Source: Actinomycetota bacterium
GTDB lineage: Bacteria > Actinomycetota > Aquicultoria > CAJVYJ01 > JAUVQD01
Assembly (NCBI GenBank): GCA_030679975.1
Contig: JAUXSL010000027.1
Coordinates: 11,447-75,446, forward strand
Length of the DNA: 64,000 bases
Direction: 5' to 3'
Made by a program: the position numbers and the translations under genes. Positions 9,531 to 19,298 of this stretch are shown here, one piece after another. The notes beneath the pieces were generated by a model, which was not told where the DNA came from, did not search any database, and saw only the letters and a list, made by a program, of their open reading frames with translations. Position 1 is the stretch's first letter; each line of letters opens with the position of its first letter.

Positions 9531-10458
9531 CGTAGCTAAACGTATGTCCGATAAAGCGGAGCGGCCAAAGAAGATCATGGCGGGCTCCTCTTAACATGAT
9601 GGCGACAGCCTCGACCGGATGTTTTCTTCGCAAGCTATGACCGGCAAAATCCATAGAGATCTTTGTGTGCCATTTTCGGCAGGCATTCATCACTTCCAGC
9701 GATAGGTTTTGATCGCCAAGGAATCTTTCAGCTAAAGTCAACTGTTCGGCGGCGGCCTCCTTGCGCATGATATAATCTGTCCCGCTCAAGGTAAGCGAGC
9801 CGGGATGGAGCCGGTAATGATAAGTTACTTGCCCTAATGAAGTGTGTCTTATACCCCCGGCAATCAGCCGCAAAAAGAAATCTATATCGGCCGCCAAGCG
9901 ATAGCGCAAATCAAATTGGCCGAATCGCGAAAAGACGCGTCGACGAAAAAAGTGGGCGTTTATCGCCGGCGAGCTTAAAGTGCCGGGTTGAGACAGAAAA
10001 TTTTCATCTTTAAAAAAATCATAGCGAGCGACAACAGTCCGTGCGCCGGGCACGCTTTCTTCAAAAAGGTCGGCCATTCCCAGAACCGCGTCGATCTCGG
10101 GGTTGTCCGTAAATTGCTTGACCGCTTTGTCAAAAACATCTGGCTCGTAAAGGTCGTCGCTGTTCAGGATGCCGATGATCTCACCCTTAGCTCGGTCTAT
10201 GCCTTTGTTAAAACCGTCATAGACTCCTCCATCCGGTTCGCTCGAGACGCTTAATTGCGGGTAACAGCGCAGAACATCAAGGGTCCCGTCTGTCGACCCC
10301 CCATCGATAATAATATGTTCGATCTTGGGATATCCCTGGCGCAGAACACTCTCAATGGCCGAACCAACTAATTCAGCCCGGTTTAAACAAGGCGTAATAA
10401 TTGAGATAAGCGGTGCGTCGGTCATGAGCCGAATATCTTTACGCGCATTACGAAGCAC
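9502..10458 (-). CDS. Family 2 glycosyltransferase
   Basis: The LISIITPCLNRAELVGSAIESVLRQ...IIIDGGSTDGT segment matches GT2. The likely true start is the ATG at 10425 (MTDAPLIS). Confidence 0.8.
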   Translation of the reverse strand: MLRNARKDIRLMTDAPLISIITPCLNRAELVGSAIESVLRQGYPKIEHIIIDGGSTDGTLDVLRCYPQLSVSSEPDGGVYDGFNKGIDRAKGEIIGILNSDDLYEPDVFDKAVKQFTDNPEIDAVLGMADLFEESVPGARTVVARYDFFKDENFLSQPGTLSSPAINAHFFRRRVFSRFGQFDLRYRLAADIDFFLRLIAGGIRHTSLGQVTYHYRLHPGSLTLSGTDYIMRKEAAAEQLTLAERFLGDQNLSLEVMNACRKWHTKISMDFAGHSLRRKHPVEAVAIMLRGARHDLLWPLRFIGHTFSYVTDKETDGR

Positions 10459-11698
10459 CCAGGGCTTGCTTGTACAACATTAAATAAGCCTCCGCCATCA
10501 AACCAAGGTCAAAGCGGCTCAAGGCACTTAAACGAGCAGCGGTTGCCATTTTTTCTTGGGTTTGCCGGTGGTCAAGAACAGAGCGCAGAGCCCGGGAAAA
10601 TTCTTGGGCATTGCCTTGGCCGGCCAATAAACCTGTTTTTCCGTCATCTATCAGCTCGGGAATTCCCCCGACTGCCGAGGCGACTATCGGCAAGCCACAT
10701 GCGAGCGCTTCCAAAACAACTAAGGGACAATTATCGGCGATACTAGTATAAGCCAATACATCAGCGGCTCGATAGTAATCGGCTGTTTCCCGGGCGTTGG
10801 TTGAATGTGGCCGAAAGACGATGTTAGAGTCGGACGGGATTGGGCTGGGTGGTTTTTCCTGTCCGACCACAAGAAGCAGGGGTTGGTCGTTGTGCCGGCC
10901 CATTTTGTCTCTTAACAAACTAAATGATTTCAATAATGTCGACGGGTCCTTCCAAGGACTATCGAGGCCATTGTTGGCAATAAATAAGATAATTTTAGCG
11001 TTGGCGCCAAGCCCAAGACGTTGTCTGGCTTCATTGGGATTGCCGGGTGAAAAAATATCCGTGTCAACGCCGTTATAAATAACTTGTTTAGGCGCGTTGG
11101 CTAAGAAACTTTTATCAACCCTGTCGGCAAGCCATCTTGAAGGCGTCGCTATGTATGGATTAGAGTCACTGACAACACGGCGCTTGTATCGCCAATTAAA
11201 CCGGGTGCCGTCCCGTCTCACATGGGGATAGATAGACAGGTCCGGACACCTGCCACAACCGGTCAACCAGCGTTCGCAATTAAAAGGATGGGCGCAGTGC
11301 CCGGTTAAAAGCCAATGATCATGAAGGGTTAAGATTATTGGTAAGCGCTTAGAAAGCTTGCGAAAGACTGAAAGGTTGATATAGGCACTGTGCAGATTGT
11401 GGCCGTGGATTATGTCAAAGTTGTCGACTACCAGTTTTGGCAACTTACGGCTTTTAAGATGAGCAAGGCTTTGCCAACCCGTCAATGCTTCAAGAGCACG
11501 GAGTCCAAACCGGATTGATTTTGAATGAGTGTCGTCATCGACAGCGAATACGTCGGGATCATCGGAGAGCTTTTTGCCGACCACCAGCAGAGACTTATGG
11601 CCCATCGTTCTGTAGGCATTATGAAGCGACCAGGCGATATTTTCAGCTCCGCCGCCTATATCGATTGTGCTTATTTGAACGATTCTTAGAGGTCTCAT
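10448..11698 (-). CDS. Family 4 glycosyltransferase
   Basis: GT4 fold with a C-terminal LEALACGLPIVASAVGGIPELI segment. Confidence 0.8.
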   Translation of the reverse strand: MRPLRIVQISTIDIGGGAENIAWSLHNAYRTMGHKSLLVVGKKLSDDPDVFAVDDDTHSKSIRFGLRALEALTGWQSLAHLKSRKLPKLVVDNFDIIHGHNLHSAYINLSVFRKLSKRLPIILTLHDHWLLTGHCAHPFNCERWLTGCGRCPDLSIYPHVRRDGTRFNWRYKRRVVSDSNPYIATPSRWLADRVDKSFLANAPKQVIYNGVDTDIFSPGNPNEARQRLGLGANAKIILFIANNGLDSPWKDPSTLLKSFSLLRDKMGRHNDQPLLLVVGQEKPPSPIPSDSNIVFRPHSTNARETADYYRAADVLAYTSIADNCPLVVLEALACGLPIVASAVGGIPELIDDGKTGLLAGQGNAQEFSRALRSVLDHRQTQEKMATAARLSALSRFDLGLMAEAYLMLYKQALGAS

Positions 11699-11723
11699 CT
11701 ATGACCTGCTCTTAGACCGACGT

Positions 11724-12764
11724 TCATATCGGTTTGCCCGCCAGCGCCCGGGTACCGGTTTTAATGGCGGAAAAAAATAGTCGATGGTCTAGCCTAAATG
11801 CCAGCATAAAGAAGGCTAAGCTCCTCCGTGTTGAGAGCTTATTGGCTGCCAGGGCTAGAGTATAGAGCTTTTTTCCGACGTTCCGATCGATTTCTCTGAT
11901 TTCTCTTTTGGATAAGGGCGTTGCTCTAATATAGGCTGAGTATAATCTTTGGATAAGTGCGGCCGCCGTATTGATTTGCCCAAGACTTGTTAGGAGCGAG
12001 TGGTTTCCCAGATTGATTTGGCGAAGACTATTAATTGAATCGGCCGACACGTTTGACTTAATCAACGGAGCGATCATTGACTGCATGGTTTTAAGCACGT
12101 GAGTTTCTTGCGCCTGGAAATTTGTCGAGCAGATGCTGCCTTCCCAATCGCGTCTTTTAAGCAGCACCTCGGGGATATTGGCCAATTGAGTCAGTTTAGT
12201 TGCCCGGACCCACAAATCATAATCTTCAACATTCACGGCTTCAGGGTTGTACGAACCTAAGCATTCAAAAACCTCGCGGCGCATCATTATTGTTGGGTGA
12301 GCGAGGCAATTTTCAAACATTAGAGCCCATTTTACAGCGCCCGGCGTGGTCGGTGCGCGCCAAGGCGGTCCCAACCGGCCTTTGTTGTCGATAATCCGCA
12401 ACCATGTGCCAAGAATACCTATTGACGGGTGGTTCTCCATGTAGCGTACTTGCTTTTCCAGACGCATAGGCAAGCTGACGTCGTCGGCGTCCATTCGGGC
12501 AATATACTTGCCTTTGGCGATCGAGCAACCCTTATTCAGTGAAGCGATCAAGCCCTGGTTCTCTTGCCGGTACAGCTTTATTCGGCCGTCTATCTTGGCA
12601 TATTCCGCGAGGATCGCGCTGCTTTCATCGGTTGAACCGTCATCGACAATAATGAATTCGAAATCGCCCAGTGATTGGTCAAGCAGGCCGGTGATAGCCT
12701 CTCTCAAAAACCTTTGGCCGTTATACACCGACATAACCACGCTCACCGGGGGCGGCGCGGACAT
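11724..12764 (-). CDS. Family 2 glycosyltransferase
   Basis: The VSVVMSVYNGQRFLREAI...IIVDDGSTDES segment matches GT2. Start refined to the ATG at 12764 (MSAPPPVS). Confidence 0.8.
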   Translation of the reverse strand: MSAPPPVSVVMSVYNGQRFLREAITGLLDQSLGDFEFIIVDDGSTDESSAILAEYAKIDGRIKLYRQENQGLIASLNKGCSIAKGKYIARMDADDVSLPMRLEKQVRYMENHPSIGILGTWLRIIDNKGRLGPPWRAPTTPGAVKWALMFENCLAHPTIMMRREVFECLGSYNPEAVNVEDYDLWVRATKLTQLANIPEVLLKRRDWEGSICSTNFQAQETHVLKTMQSMIAPLIKSNVSADSINSLRQINLGNHSLLTSLGQINTAAALIQRLYSAYIRATPLSKREIREIDRNVGKKLYTLALAANKLSTRRSLAFFMLAFRLDHRLFFSAIKTGTRALAGKPI

Positions 12765-12765
12765 T

Positions 12766-13920
12766 TCAGGTGATCTCCTCGATATGCCCGGACGGCGCAT
12801 TCACCAGCGGATGAACGCTTGATTCAACCGGCAGCCCGGCTTGATTAAAGATGTTCGCGAACCGATGCGCGTAAGTATGCTCATCTTGTGTTCTCTGGTA
12901 TCCGGCTTCAGCAATAGTCTGACGTTCATCGTCATGTCGTAAATAATATTGCGCCTTGGCGATCAGATCATCGGTACCGGTAAAGCATATGATTTCCTTG
13001 CCGGGCTCATAATAGTCGTCTAGATTGTCGGCCATACCGGTCAGAACGAAGCCTCCACAGCCGGGGATTTCAAAATTGCGGCCTTTGATCTGATCGTGGT
13101 AGTCGATCGTATCGGTGCTCGCGGGATTACCGTCGCTTGTGTCGCTTCTGAGTCGCAGGTTTTTCAGTGCTTTGATCCGGGCGCCGAAAGGCATTGCGTC
13201 TAAAGCCCGGGACAAAATCCTATAGCTTACGTTTTGGGCCGGCGGTGTCGGAGCAGGCACGGAAGCGTTTGATAGATTAAGGTTAACGCGGCTCTGATTG
13301 AATACCCGGATCATCTCTTCTTGAGACAACCGCCCGGTCTCCCAACCCGTACCCCAAACGTTTACTTTTAGACCGGCTTGACCCAACGCCTCGATCGTGC
13401 GGCGCCGATTTCCATGGGGCTGGCCGACGAATGTAATGTCATATAGCAGCGGCAGGTCAAGCCGGCGATAAGAAAAATGATTGCAGCCCCATTGGCTTTT
13501 TATTACGTTTTCATAACCAAGCTCCGCGTACTTGGGCAAAGCGCTTCTGGCTGTCGTGACTGCCCAATTAAAACATGGCGCCCAAATGTGTGAGAAGTTG
13601 TCGAAACGCCAATGGTCATCGCAAAACCAATTAAGAGTTATGGTATCGGTCTCTTCGGAAATCTTTCTGAGGATTTTCGGTTCGAATTCATCGGTGAAAA
13701 GCACGGTAAACATGAGATCAGGTTTTTCCGCCACGACCACATCCCAGAGGAGCCGGTTCATCTTACCGCGTCCGTATTGTTGTATTAATGTCATAAAATC
13801 AAAATAAAGAATATCGTGACCCATCTGAGCAAACGTGTCGTAAAAATTATGGTGCTCAAAGCCAAAACCCTGTTCCGGGCGCCCATAATCGTATTTCATG
13901 GCCGCGTACAAAAGTTTCAT
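12766..13920 (-). CDS. CgeB-like / GT1-type glycosyltransferase
   Basis: C-terminal GT-B region (GCGGFVLTGMADNLDDYYEPGKEI) resembles the CgeB and Glyco_trans_1_2 family. Confidence 0.6.
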   Translation of the reverse strand: MKLLYAAMKYDYGRPEQGFGFEHHNFYDTFAQMGHDILYFDFMTLIQQYGRGKMNRLLWDVVVAEKPDLMFTVLFTDEFEPKILRKISEETDTITLNWFCDDHWRFDNFSHIWAPCFNWAVTTARSALPKYAELGYENVIKSQWGCNHFSYRRLDLPLLYDITFVGQPHGNRRRTIEALGQAGLKVNVWGTGWETGRLSQEEMIRVFNQSRVNLNLSNASVPAPTPPAQNVSYRILSRALDAMPFGARIKALKNLRLRSDTSDGNPASTDTIDYHDQIKGRNFEIPGCGGFVLTGMADNLDDYYEPGKEIICFTGTDDLIAKAQYYLRHDDERQTIAEAGYQRTQDEHTYAHRFANIFNQAGLPVESSVHPLVNAPSGHIEEIT

Positions 13921-15146
13921 CGCTTAACCCTCGACGTCGAATCTTGTTTTTTCCTCGCCAAATCAATATAAAGGCTTTCATACCGGTCGACCACTCGATC
14001 CCAGTTGTACTGCTTTTGCCAGGCATTATAACCTTCGGTTGCCAATTGCTTGCGCCGGCCCTCGTCCAAAATTAGTTCTGTGATGGTTTTTGCGAAAGCC
14101 CCGGAATCCACCGCATGCTCTTTTTGTCCGCTTAGCTTATTTCCCAAGCGTGTGATCAGCGGGTTTGTTGAGGGCTGGTCATGAACGACAACTCCGCCGG
14201 GAAAGTGTTTCGCGCAGCCGCTGTCCGTGCTTATAAAGGCTGTTTGTGAGGCCATGGCCTCGATAAGGACCAGGGGAAAGCATTCAATTTTTGAACCGAA
14301 AACAAAAAGGTCGGCTTGCTTGTACGCGGCGACAACGTCAGACCGGGAAATATTCGATATCACGTGGACGGTTTTCTTGCCGCCGGAATGTTTGTTGATA
14401 GCCCGGGCTGCATCTTTGCACAGCTCCTGGCAGCCGCCGGTTGGTTCATTGCCGATGACGGCCAGGGAGGTGTCGCTAATCCGTGAGCGGTCGAATGCTT
14501 CCAAAATCAGCGCATGTCCTTTGTCAAAGTAGTGATTGGAAACGCAAATAATCAGATGTTTGTTTGGGATTTGATATTTGCTTTTAAAATCAACTAAGCT
14601 GTCTTGGGCAAATTCTTCCGCACCGGCTCCATTTGGAATAATGGTGTAGTTGCTGATTTTGTGCCGGTCTCCAAACTCTTTGTCCCGATAGAAGTCGGAA
14701 TGATAAACGATACGGTCGTATTCGTTTAGGTGTTTGGGAAGCTCGGAAAAATATTCCTTATATTGCCGATCATAAAGAGCTGAATAACCGCAAGGTGCGA
14801 ATATCTTGGCGTATTTTATCTCCGACAGATGGCTGAAGAGCAAATCAGAGTTCCAGATCTGCGCGGCGTAATTGAGCATAATGTCAAAATCACTATCTCG
14901 GACAAATTCGACGAATCTCTTCGCTTCGCTTGGTCCGCCTTTGATGCCGTTCACAATGTTGCCGGCAAGTATGAATTCTTTGATATTGACACCATTGATC
15001 ATATTGCTTGTACGCCGAGCGTCTATGGCGGTGGCGATCGTAACGTCGTGGCCGCGTCTAACTAAACGTTCTGAGATTTGCTTCACTACTTCTTCGCTGC
15101 CGCCGACAAAGGGGTCGTAATGTTGGACTGTGTGCAGAAATTTCAT
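13917..15146 (-). CDS. Family 4 glycosyltransferase
   Basis: GT4 fold with an ECFPLVLIEAMASQTAFISTDSG segment. Confidence 0.8.
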   Translation of the reverse strand: MKFLHTVQHYDPFVGGSEEVVKQISERLVRRGHDVTIATAIDARRTSNMINGVNIKEFILAGNIVNGIKGGPSEAKRFVEFVRDSDFDIMLNYAAQIWNSDLLFSHLSEIKYAKIFAPCGYSALYDRQYKEYFSELPKHLNEYDRIVYHSDFYRDKEFGDRHKISNYTIIPNGAGAEEFAQDSLVDFKSKYQIPNKHLIICVSNHYFDKGHALILEAFDRSRISDTSLAVIGNEPTGGCQELCKDAARAINKHSGGKKTVHVISNISRSDVVAAYKQADLFVFGSKIECFPLVLIEAMASQTAFISTDSGCAKHFPGGVVVHDQPSTNPLITRLGNKLSGQKEHAVDSGAFAKTITELILDEGRRKQLATEGYNAWQKQYNWDRVVDRYESLYIDLARKKQDSTSRVKR

Positions 15147-15161
15147 GAGGATATCCTGGTA

Positions 15162-16124
15162 TTAGCCAAGAAGAGTCGGTTCTTTTATGTGATCCGTGTT
15201 CTTCTCAAACCAAGTTAGAGTGCGTTCAATGCCTTCATTAAGTTCGATTGTCGGTTGCCACCCGAGCACCTGCTTGGCCAGCGTAGGATCGAGTACGTTG
15301 CGTGGGATATCGACAGGTCTCGAGGGCGTATATTGGATCGCAAAATCTTTACCGGCAATCCCGCGCAATATCTGAATAATCGCGTTGACGCTGGTTCCAC
15401 GGCCGGTGCCGATGTTAAACAGACGATGAGGCGACGTGTCAAGCATTATTTTAATAAAGGCGTCGGTTGCATCTTCGACAAATAAATAATCCCTGACAAC
15501 TTTGCCGTCACCCCATACTTCAATCGGCAGGCCTTCGATTATTCGGCGGCAAAAAACGCCGATTATGCCCTGATTTTGCGAACCCCATTGCCGAGCCCCG
15601 TATGGGTTGGAAAGGCGGAGAATGCGGTAGTCGAGACCATATAGCTTATTGAACATGCCAAGATATTTCTCGATCGCCAGTTTATGTATTCCATACGAGC
15701 TTATCGGCTCTGTCCGATGACTCTCGGTAATTTTGTTTTGAGTCGTCGGGCCGTAAACAGTTCCACCCGAAGATGGAAAAATAATCCTCGAAACACCACA
15801 TTTAACGGCGATCTCCAGTAGATTAAGGGTCGGGATAAGATTTGTGCTTATGTCGAAAGCCGGGTTTGCAGTTGAATTATTCACTGTTGTCGTCGAGATC
15901 AAATGGAAAATGATATCCATTCCCTTAACTGCTGATTCGAGATCTTCCCGGCTGGTGAAGTCGCCGCTAATCACCTTTACCTTAGGCAGGGCGGCGGCGA
16001 TGTTCTTAGTTGTAGCCGCGGGGTGCTCAAAGACGCTGACGTTTTCATAGCTTTCCGCGAGTTTTAAGGTCAGATTGGCGCCGAGGAATCCACCACCGCC
16101 AAGCAAGAGTATCTTTTTTTTCAT
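15162..16124 (-). CDS. NAD-dependent nucleotide-sugar epimerase/dehydratase (SDR)
   Basis: GGGGFLGANL Rossmann motif near the N-terminus, and a YxxxK catalytic region. Start refined to the ATG at 16124 (MKKKILLLGG). Confidence 0.8.
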   Translation of the reverse strand: MKKKILLLGGGGFLGANLTLKLAESYENVSVFEHPAATTKNIAAALPKVKVISGDFTSREDLESAVKGMDIIFHLISTTTVNNSTANPAFDISTNLIPTLNLLEIAVKCGVSRIIFPSSGGTVYGPTTQNKITESHRTEPISSYGIHKLAIEKYLGMFNKLYGLDYRILRLSNPYGARQWGSQNQGIIGVFCRRIIEGLPIEVWGDGKVVRDYLFVEDATDAFIKIMLDTSPHRLFNIGTGRGTSVNAIIQILRGIAGKDFAIQYTPSRPVDIPRNVLDPTLAKQVLGWQPTIELNEGIERTLTWFEKNTDHIKEPTLLG

Positions 16125-18124
16125 GAGTCTGATTGAGGACGCAAGAGAAGTTTTTTTGAAATCTGCCATACGTGTCTTAATAGCCGCTCTCCGGTATGCT
16201 TGCCGATTTGCCAATATAGCCTGATGTTCATTAGTCTCTTTGGCTCAAGACTCATGGCCAGGGCCCACCGGACAAAAGACGAAGGCGCCGGTCCCGCCCA
16301 CATCTTGTTGAGGTACTTATCGGACAATCGTCTTTTTATTAATTGTTTGGTCTCGGGGGGATAATCGGCATAGGCGCCTTGGAACAATTTTCTTCCGGCC
16401 TTAAGCAGAACCGATATTCGCTTGAGCGCGGCGGTAATTGAGAGGTGCTCCGGTAAGTCCATGCCAAGCCAAGCGGACCGCAAAAAAGCGATATCGTCAT
16501 CGTCAAGAGGCAGATTGTCTCCCACGGAAAACCGGCAATTACGGGCGCTAATATCAAAAGCTTGACGGCGCTGTTCTTCAAGATTGCTCAAGGTCATACC
16601 TTCGGGATGCTCCACTCTTGTTACCAGTGGTGTTTCAAGATTTACCAACTTGGTGTACCCGGCCATTCTCGACCAAAGATCATAATCTTGAGTATAATCA
16701 TACGTCTTGCTCTGGTCGTAGGCGCCGTGCGCTTTAAGCAAAGAGCTTCTAAACATAACGGAAGAGTGAATCATAGGATTGTCGAAAAGCAAGAACCAGC
16801 GAATGTCCTCGTCGCTAAATGCGTAACTGGCAATTCTTTTTATTTCTCCATCAAGAGTAGCCAGCCAGCTTGTCGATCCCACTAGTCCCACATCCGCATG
16901 GTTATCAAGGTACGCTTTCTGTTGCGCCAACCGTCCGCGGTCGGCCACGTCATCTTGGTCCAAGCGACATATGTAAGCTCCTCTGGCGATATCAAGTCCC
17001 CTATTTAAGGTGCGGGCCAAGCCCATGTTTTCGTGAGCGATAGCCACTATTCTATTATCCGAATAATTGGAGATGATCTCTTCAGAGGCGTCCGTTGATC
17101 CGTCGTTTAAGATAATCAACTCAAAATCGGTGAACGTTTGCATAAGCAGGCTCTCGATGGCTCGGGTCAGAAGGTCGGCGCCGTTATATACGGGGAGTAG
17201 GATGGAAATATCCGGTTTAGCCGGCCCATTGGCGCCACCGGAATCACCTTCTTTGGCTAATAGAGAAGCGCTGTAATCGTTCATAATCAAATTCTTGTTC
17301 TTCTCGTCCGCGCGTAGGTAGTAACAGCGGATTTTATCCAGCATCATCATCTTACCGACATGTCTGGCCGGTGCGCCGAGCTTGTCCTTCATGTGAGCCA
17401 TTGTTTTAAAATAATAGACCATCTCGGCTCGATAGCCAAATTGAGATCCTAACAACTTTTTCGACAGATTTTCCTCTCCTTGCCGGTTGAAAGCGAGCAC
17501 CTTATCCAAATAATAGAAGTTGGTTGAGGCTAAAATCCTTGACCACATATCAATATCCGCGGCGCAACCGACCGCCGGGTCGAAATATCCGACCTTGTCA
17601 ATGTCTCTTCGACGAAACAGAATCGCCGTCGGCCAGCCAATGCGTCTTTTTTGCAGGAGATAGTTCTTAATAAGATCCTCACCGGACTCTTTTCTATCTC
17701 CAACGAATAGGCGATAGGGATTTTCATCTTGGCTTGTTAGCGTGTTGTTGTCGGCGTCGATGGCCAGATAGTTTGAGCAAGCAATTCCGACATCGTCGTA
17801 TTCATCTAAGACCTTTACCTGTTCCGCAAGGCAGTTTTTATCAAGAATGTCGTCATCGCCCATTATCTTAATATACTCACCTTGGGCTAAATCCAGTCCT
17901 TTATTCCAATTAAGAACAAATCCGATGTTTTTTTCATTACGCACAAACCTAATGTTGCCTCGATCACGATATTCAACCGCTAAGCGGCTTGTTTCATCTT
18001 GAGAGCAATCATCCAGGACTATGATCTCAAAGTCCCCAAAGGTCTGGGTCAACGCTGAATCGATAGCCATCTTTAGATAATGCGATCTATTAAAGGTTGG
18101 AATCAGTATTGAGCACTTAGCCAT
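16121..18124 (-). CDS. Tandem two-domain family 2 glycosyltransferase
   Basis: Two GT2 domains: CSILIPTFNRSHYLKMAIDSAL...VLDDCSQD and ISILLPVYNGADLLTRAIESLL...ILNDGSTD. 667 aa. Confidence 0.75.
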   Translation of the reverse strand: MAKCSILIPTFNRSHYLKMAIDSALTQTFGDFEIIVLDDCSQDETSRLAVEYRDRGNIRFVRNEKNIGFVLNWNKGLDLAQGEYIKIMGDDDILDKNCLAEQVKVLDEYDDVGIACSNYLAIDADNNTLTSQDENPYRLFVGDRKESGEDLIKNYLLQKRRIGWPTAILFRRRDIDKVGYFDPAVGCAADIDMWSRILASTNFYYLDKVLAFNRQGEENLSKKLLGSQFGYRAEMVYYFKTMAHMKDKLGAPARHVGKMMMLDKIRCYYLRADEKNKNLIMNDYSASLLAKEGDSGGANGPAKPDISILLPVYNGADLLTRAIESLLMQTFTDFELIILNDGSTDASEEIISNYSDNRIVAIAHENMGLARTLNRGLDIARGAYICRLDQDDVADRGRLAQQKAYLDNHADVGLVGSTSWLATLDGEIKRIASYAFSDEDIRWFLLFDNPMIHSSVMFRSSLLKAHGAYDQSKTYDYTQDYDLWSRMAGYTKLVNLETPLVTRVEHPEGMTLSNLEEQRRQAFDISARNCRFSVGDNLPLDDDDIAFLRSAWLGMDLPEHLSITAALKRISVLLKAGRKLFQGAYADYPPETKQLIKRRLSDKYLNKMWAGPAPSSFVRWALAMSLEPKRLMNIRLYWQIGKHTGERLLRHVWQISKKLLLRPQSDS

Positions 18125-19298
18125 TTTGATAAATAGGCGGCCGTGCGCCGGCAGCTATCTCCCCTAAAATGTTTTCCATATTTATCACAGCATTTTGCCA
18201 GCTAAATTTGCGTACACAATCGATCCCGTTTCGGGCGATATAGTCCCGTTTTTTGGGATTATCGATCAGCGTCAAAATCGCTTTTGCCAGTTCTTCCGGT
18301 TGACGGGGCGTCACCACTAAGGCTGTCTCTCCGTCTATCGCGTAGTCCTCAGTTCCATATTCGGTAACGACGACGGGTGTGCCGCAAGCCATGGCTTCAA
18401 GGGGGGGCAAAGGGAAACTCTCATACCATGATGAAAGAAAGACAATATCGGCTTCATTGTATAACTCAGTTAACTTTTCTTTGTAAACCTGGCCCACATA
18501 TTCAAAGGGAATGCCGGCGTCTTCGGTGGTTACCTCAGGGGCGCCGCCATAGACTTTCCAGACGATATTCTTATCCCTTGTTTGGTCAAAGACTATTTTC
18601 ATCGCCGCAACCGCATCCTTAAACCCTTTCCAGGCCACCCCGTTGCCCGAGAAGGAGGCAATCGTGAGGCGGTTGTCGTCTTTGGTATTGGCCAGCGGGT
18701 GGAAATGATCTAAGTTGACACCGTTGCAGCAGAGATAAGATTCCGCCTCGAATTTTTCCCAAATTATGTTTTTCAGCCAAGAAGAGTTGGCGATTTTAAC
18801 CAAGGGCAAATGATATGTATAGTCGGCGTCAAGCGCTTCAATCAAGGAATCGAAAGGGCGTGCGTCGGCGAATAATCGTTCATAATGTTGCATAAAATAG
18901 CAGCCCTTACCTTTTTTCGAAAGGTAGACCGGTATCGCGGTAGGGAAATCAGTGGCAATGTTTATATCGCAATCGGGCATGAGCAGGAGCAGGTTTTGTT
19001 CGGTATTTGTCCTGCGTTGAATATACTGCGCGTAAGTCTTCAGCTCTTCCGGCATCTCGTGCAGTTGCGAATATTGCCGATCGTCGGTTTTGGCTTGATC
19101 CGATTCGCTCGGCATAATTAACGCGGCTTCCAAATCAAACCAGGTCGGTTTGGTGTCGCGATAGGGAATGGTGATAGTTACCGTATGGCCTTTTCTTCTT
19201 AGTCCGTTTGCGTATTCAAAAATTGCTCTAATCCCGCCGGTGGCCGGTATGCCGGAAATGCAAAAATTAACTTTCAAATACCGCCTCCTTCTCACCAT
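18117..19298 (-). CDS. Family 4 glycosyltransferase
   Basis: ESFPLPPLEAMACGTPVVVTEYG motif. Confidence 0.8.
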   Translation of the reverse strand: MVRRRRYLKVNFCISGIPATGGIRAIFEYANGLRRKGHTVTITIPYRDTKPTWFDLEAALIMPSESDQAKTDDRQYSQLHEMPEELKTYAQYIQRRTNTEQNLLLLMPDCDINIATDFPTAIPVYLSKKGKGCYFMQHYERLFADARPFDSLIEALDADYTYHLPLVKIANSSWLKNIIWEKFEAESYLCCNGVNLDHFHPLANTKDDNRLTIASFSGNGVAWKGFKDAVAAMKIVFDQTRDKNIVWKVYGGAPEVTTEDAGIPFEYVGQVYKEKLTELYNEADIVFLSSWYESFPLPPLEAMACGTPVVVTEYGTEDYAIDGETALVVTPRQPEELAKAILTLIDNPKKRDYIARNGIDCVRKFSWQNAVINMENILGEIAAGARPPIYQNG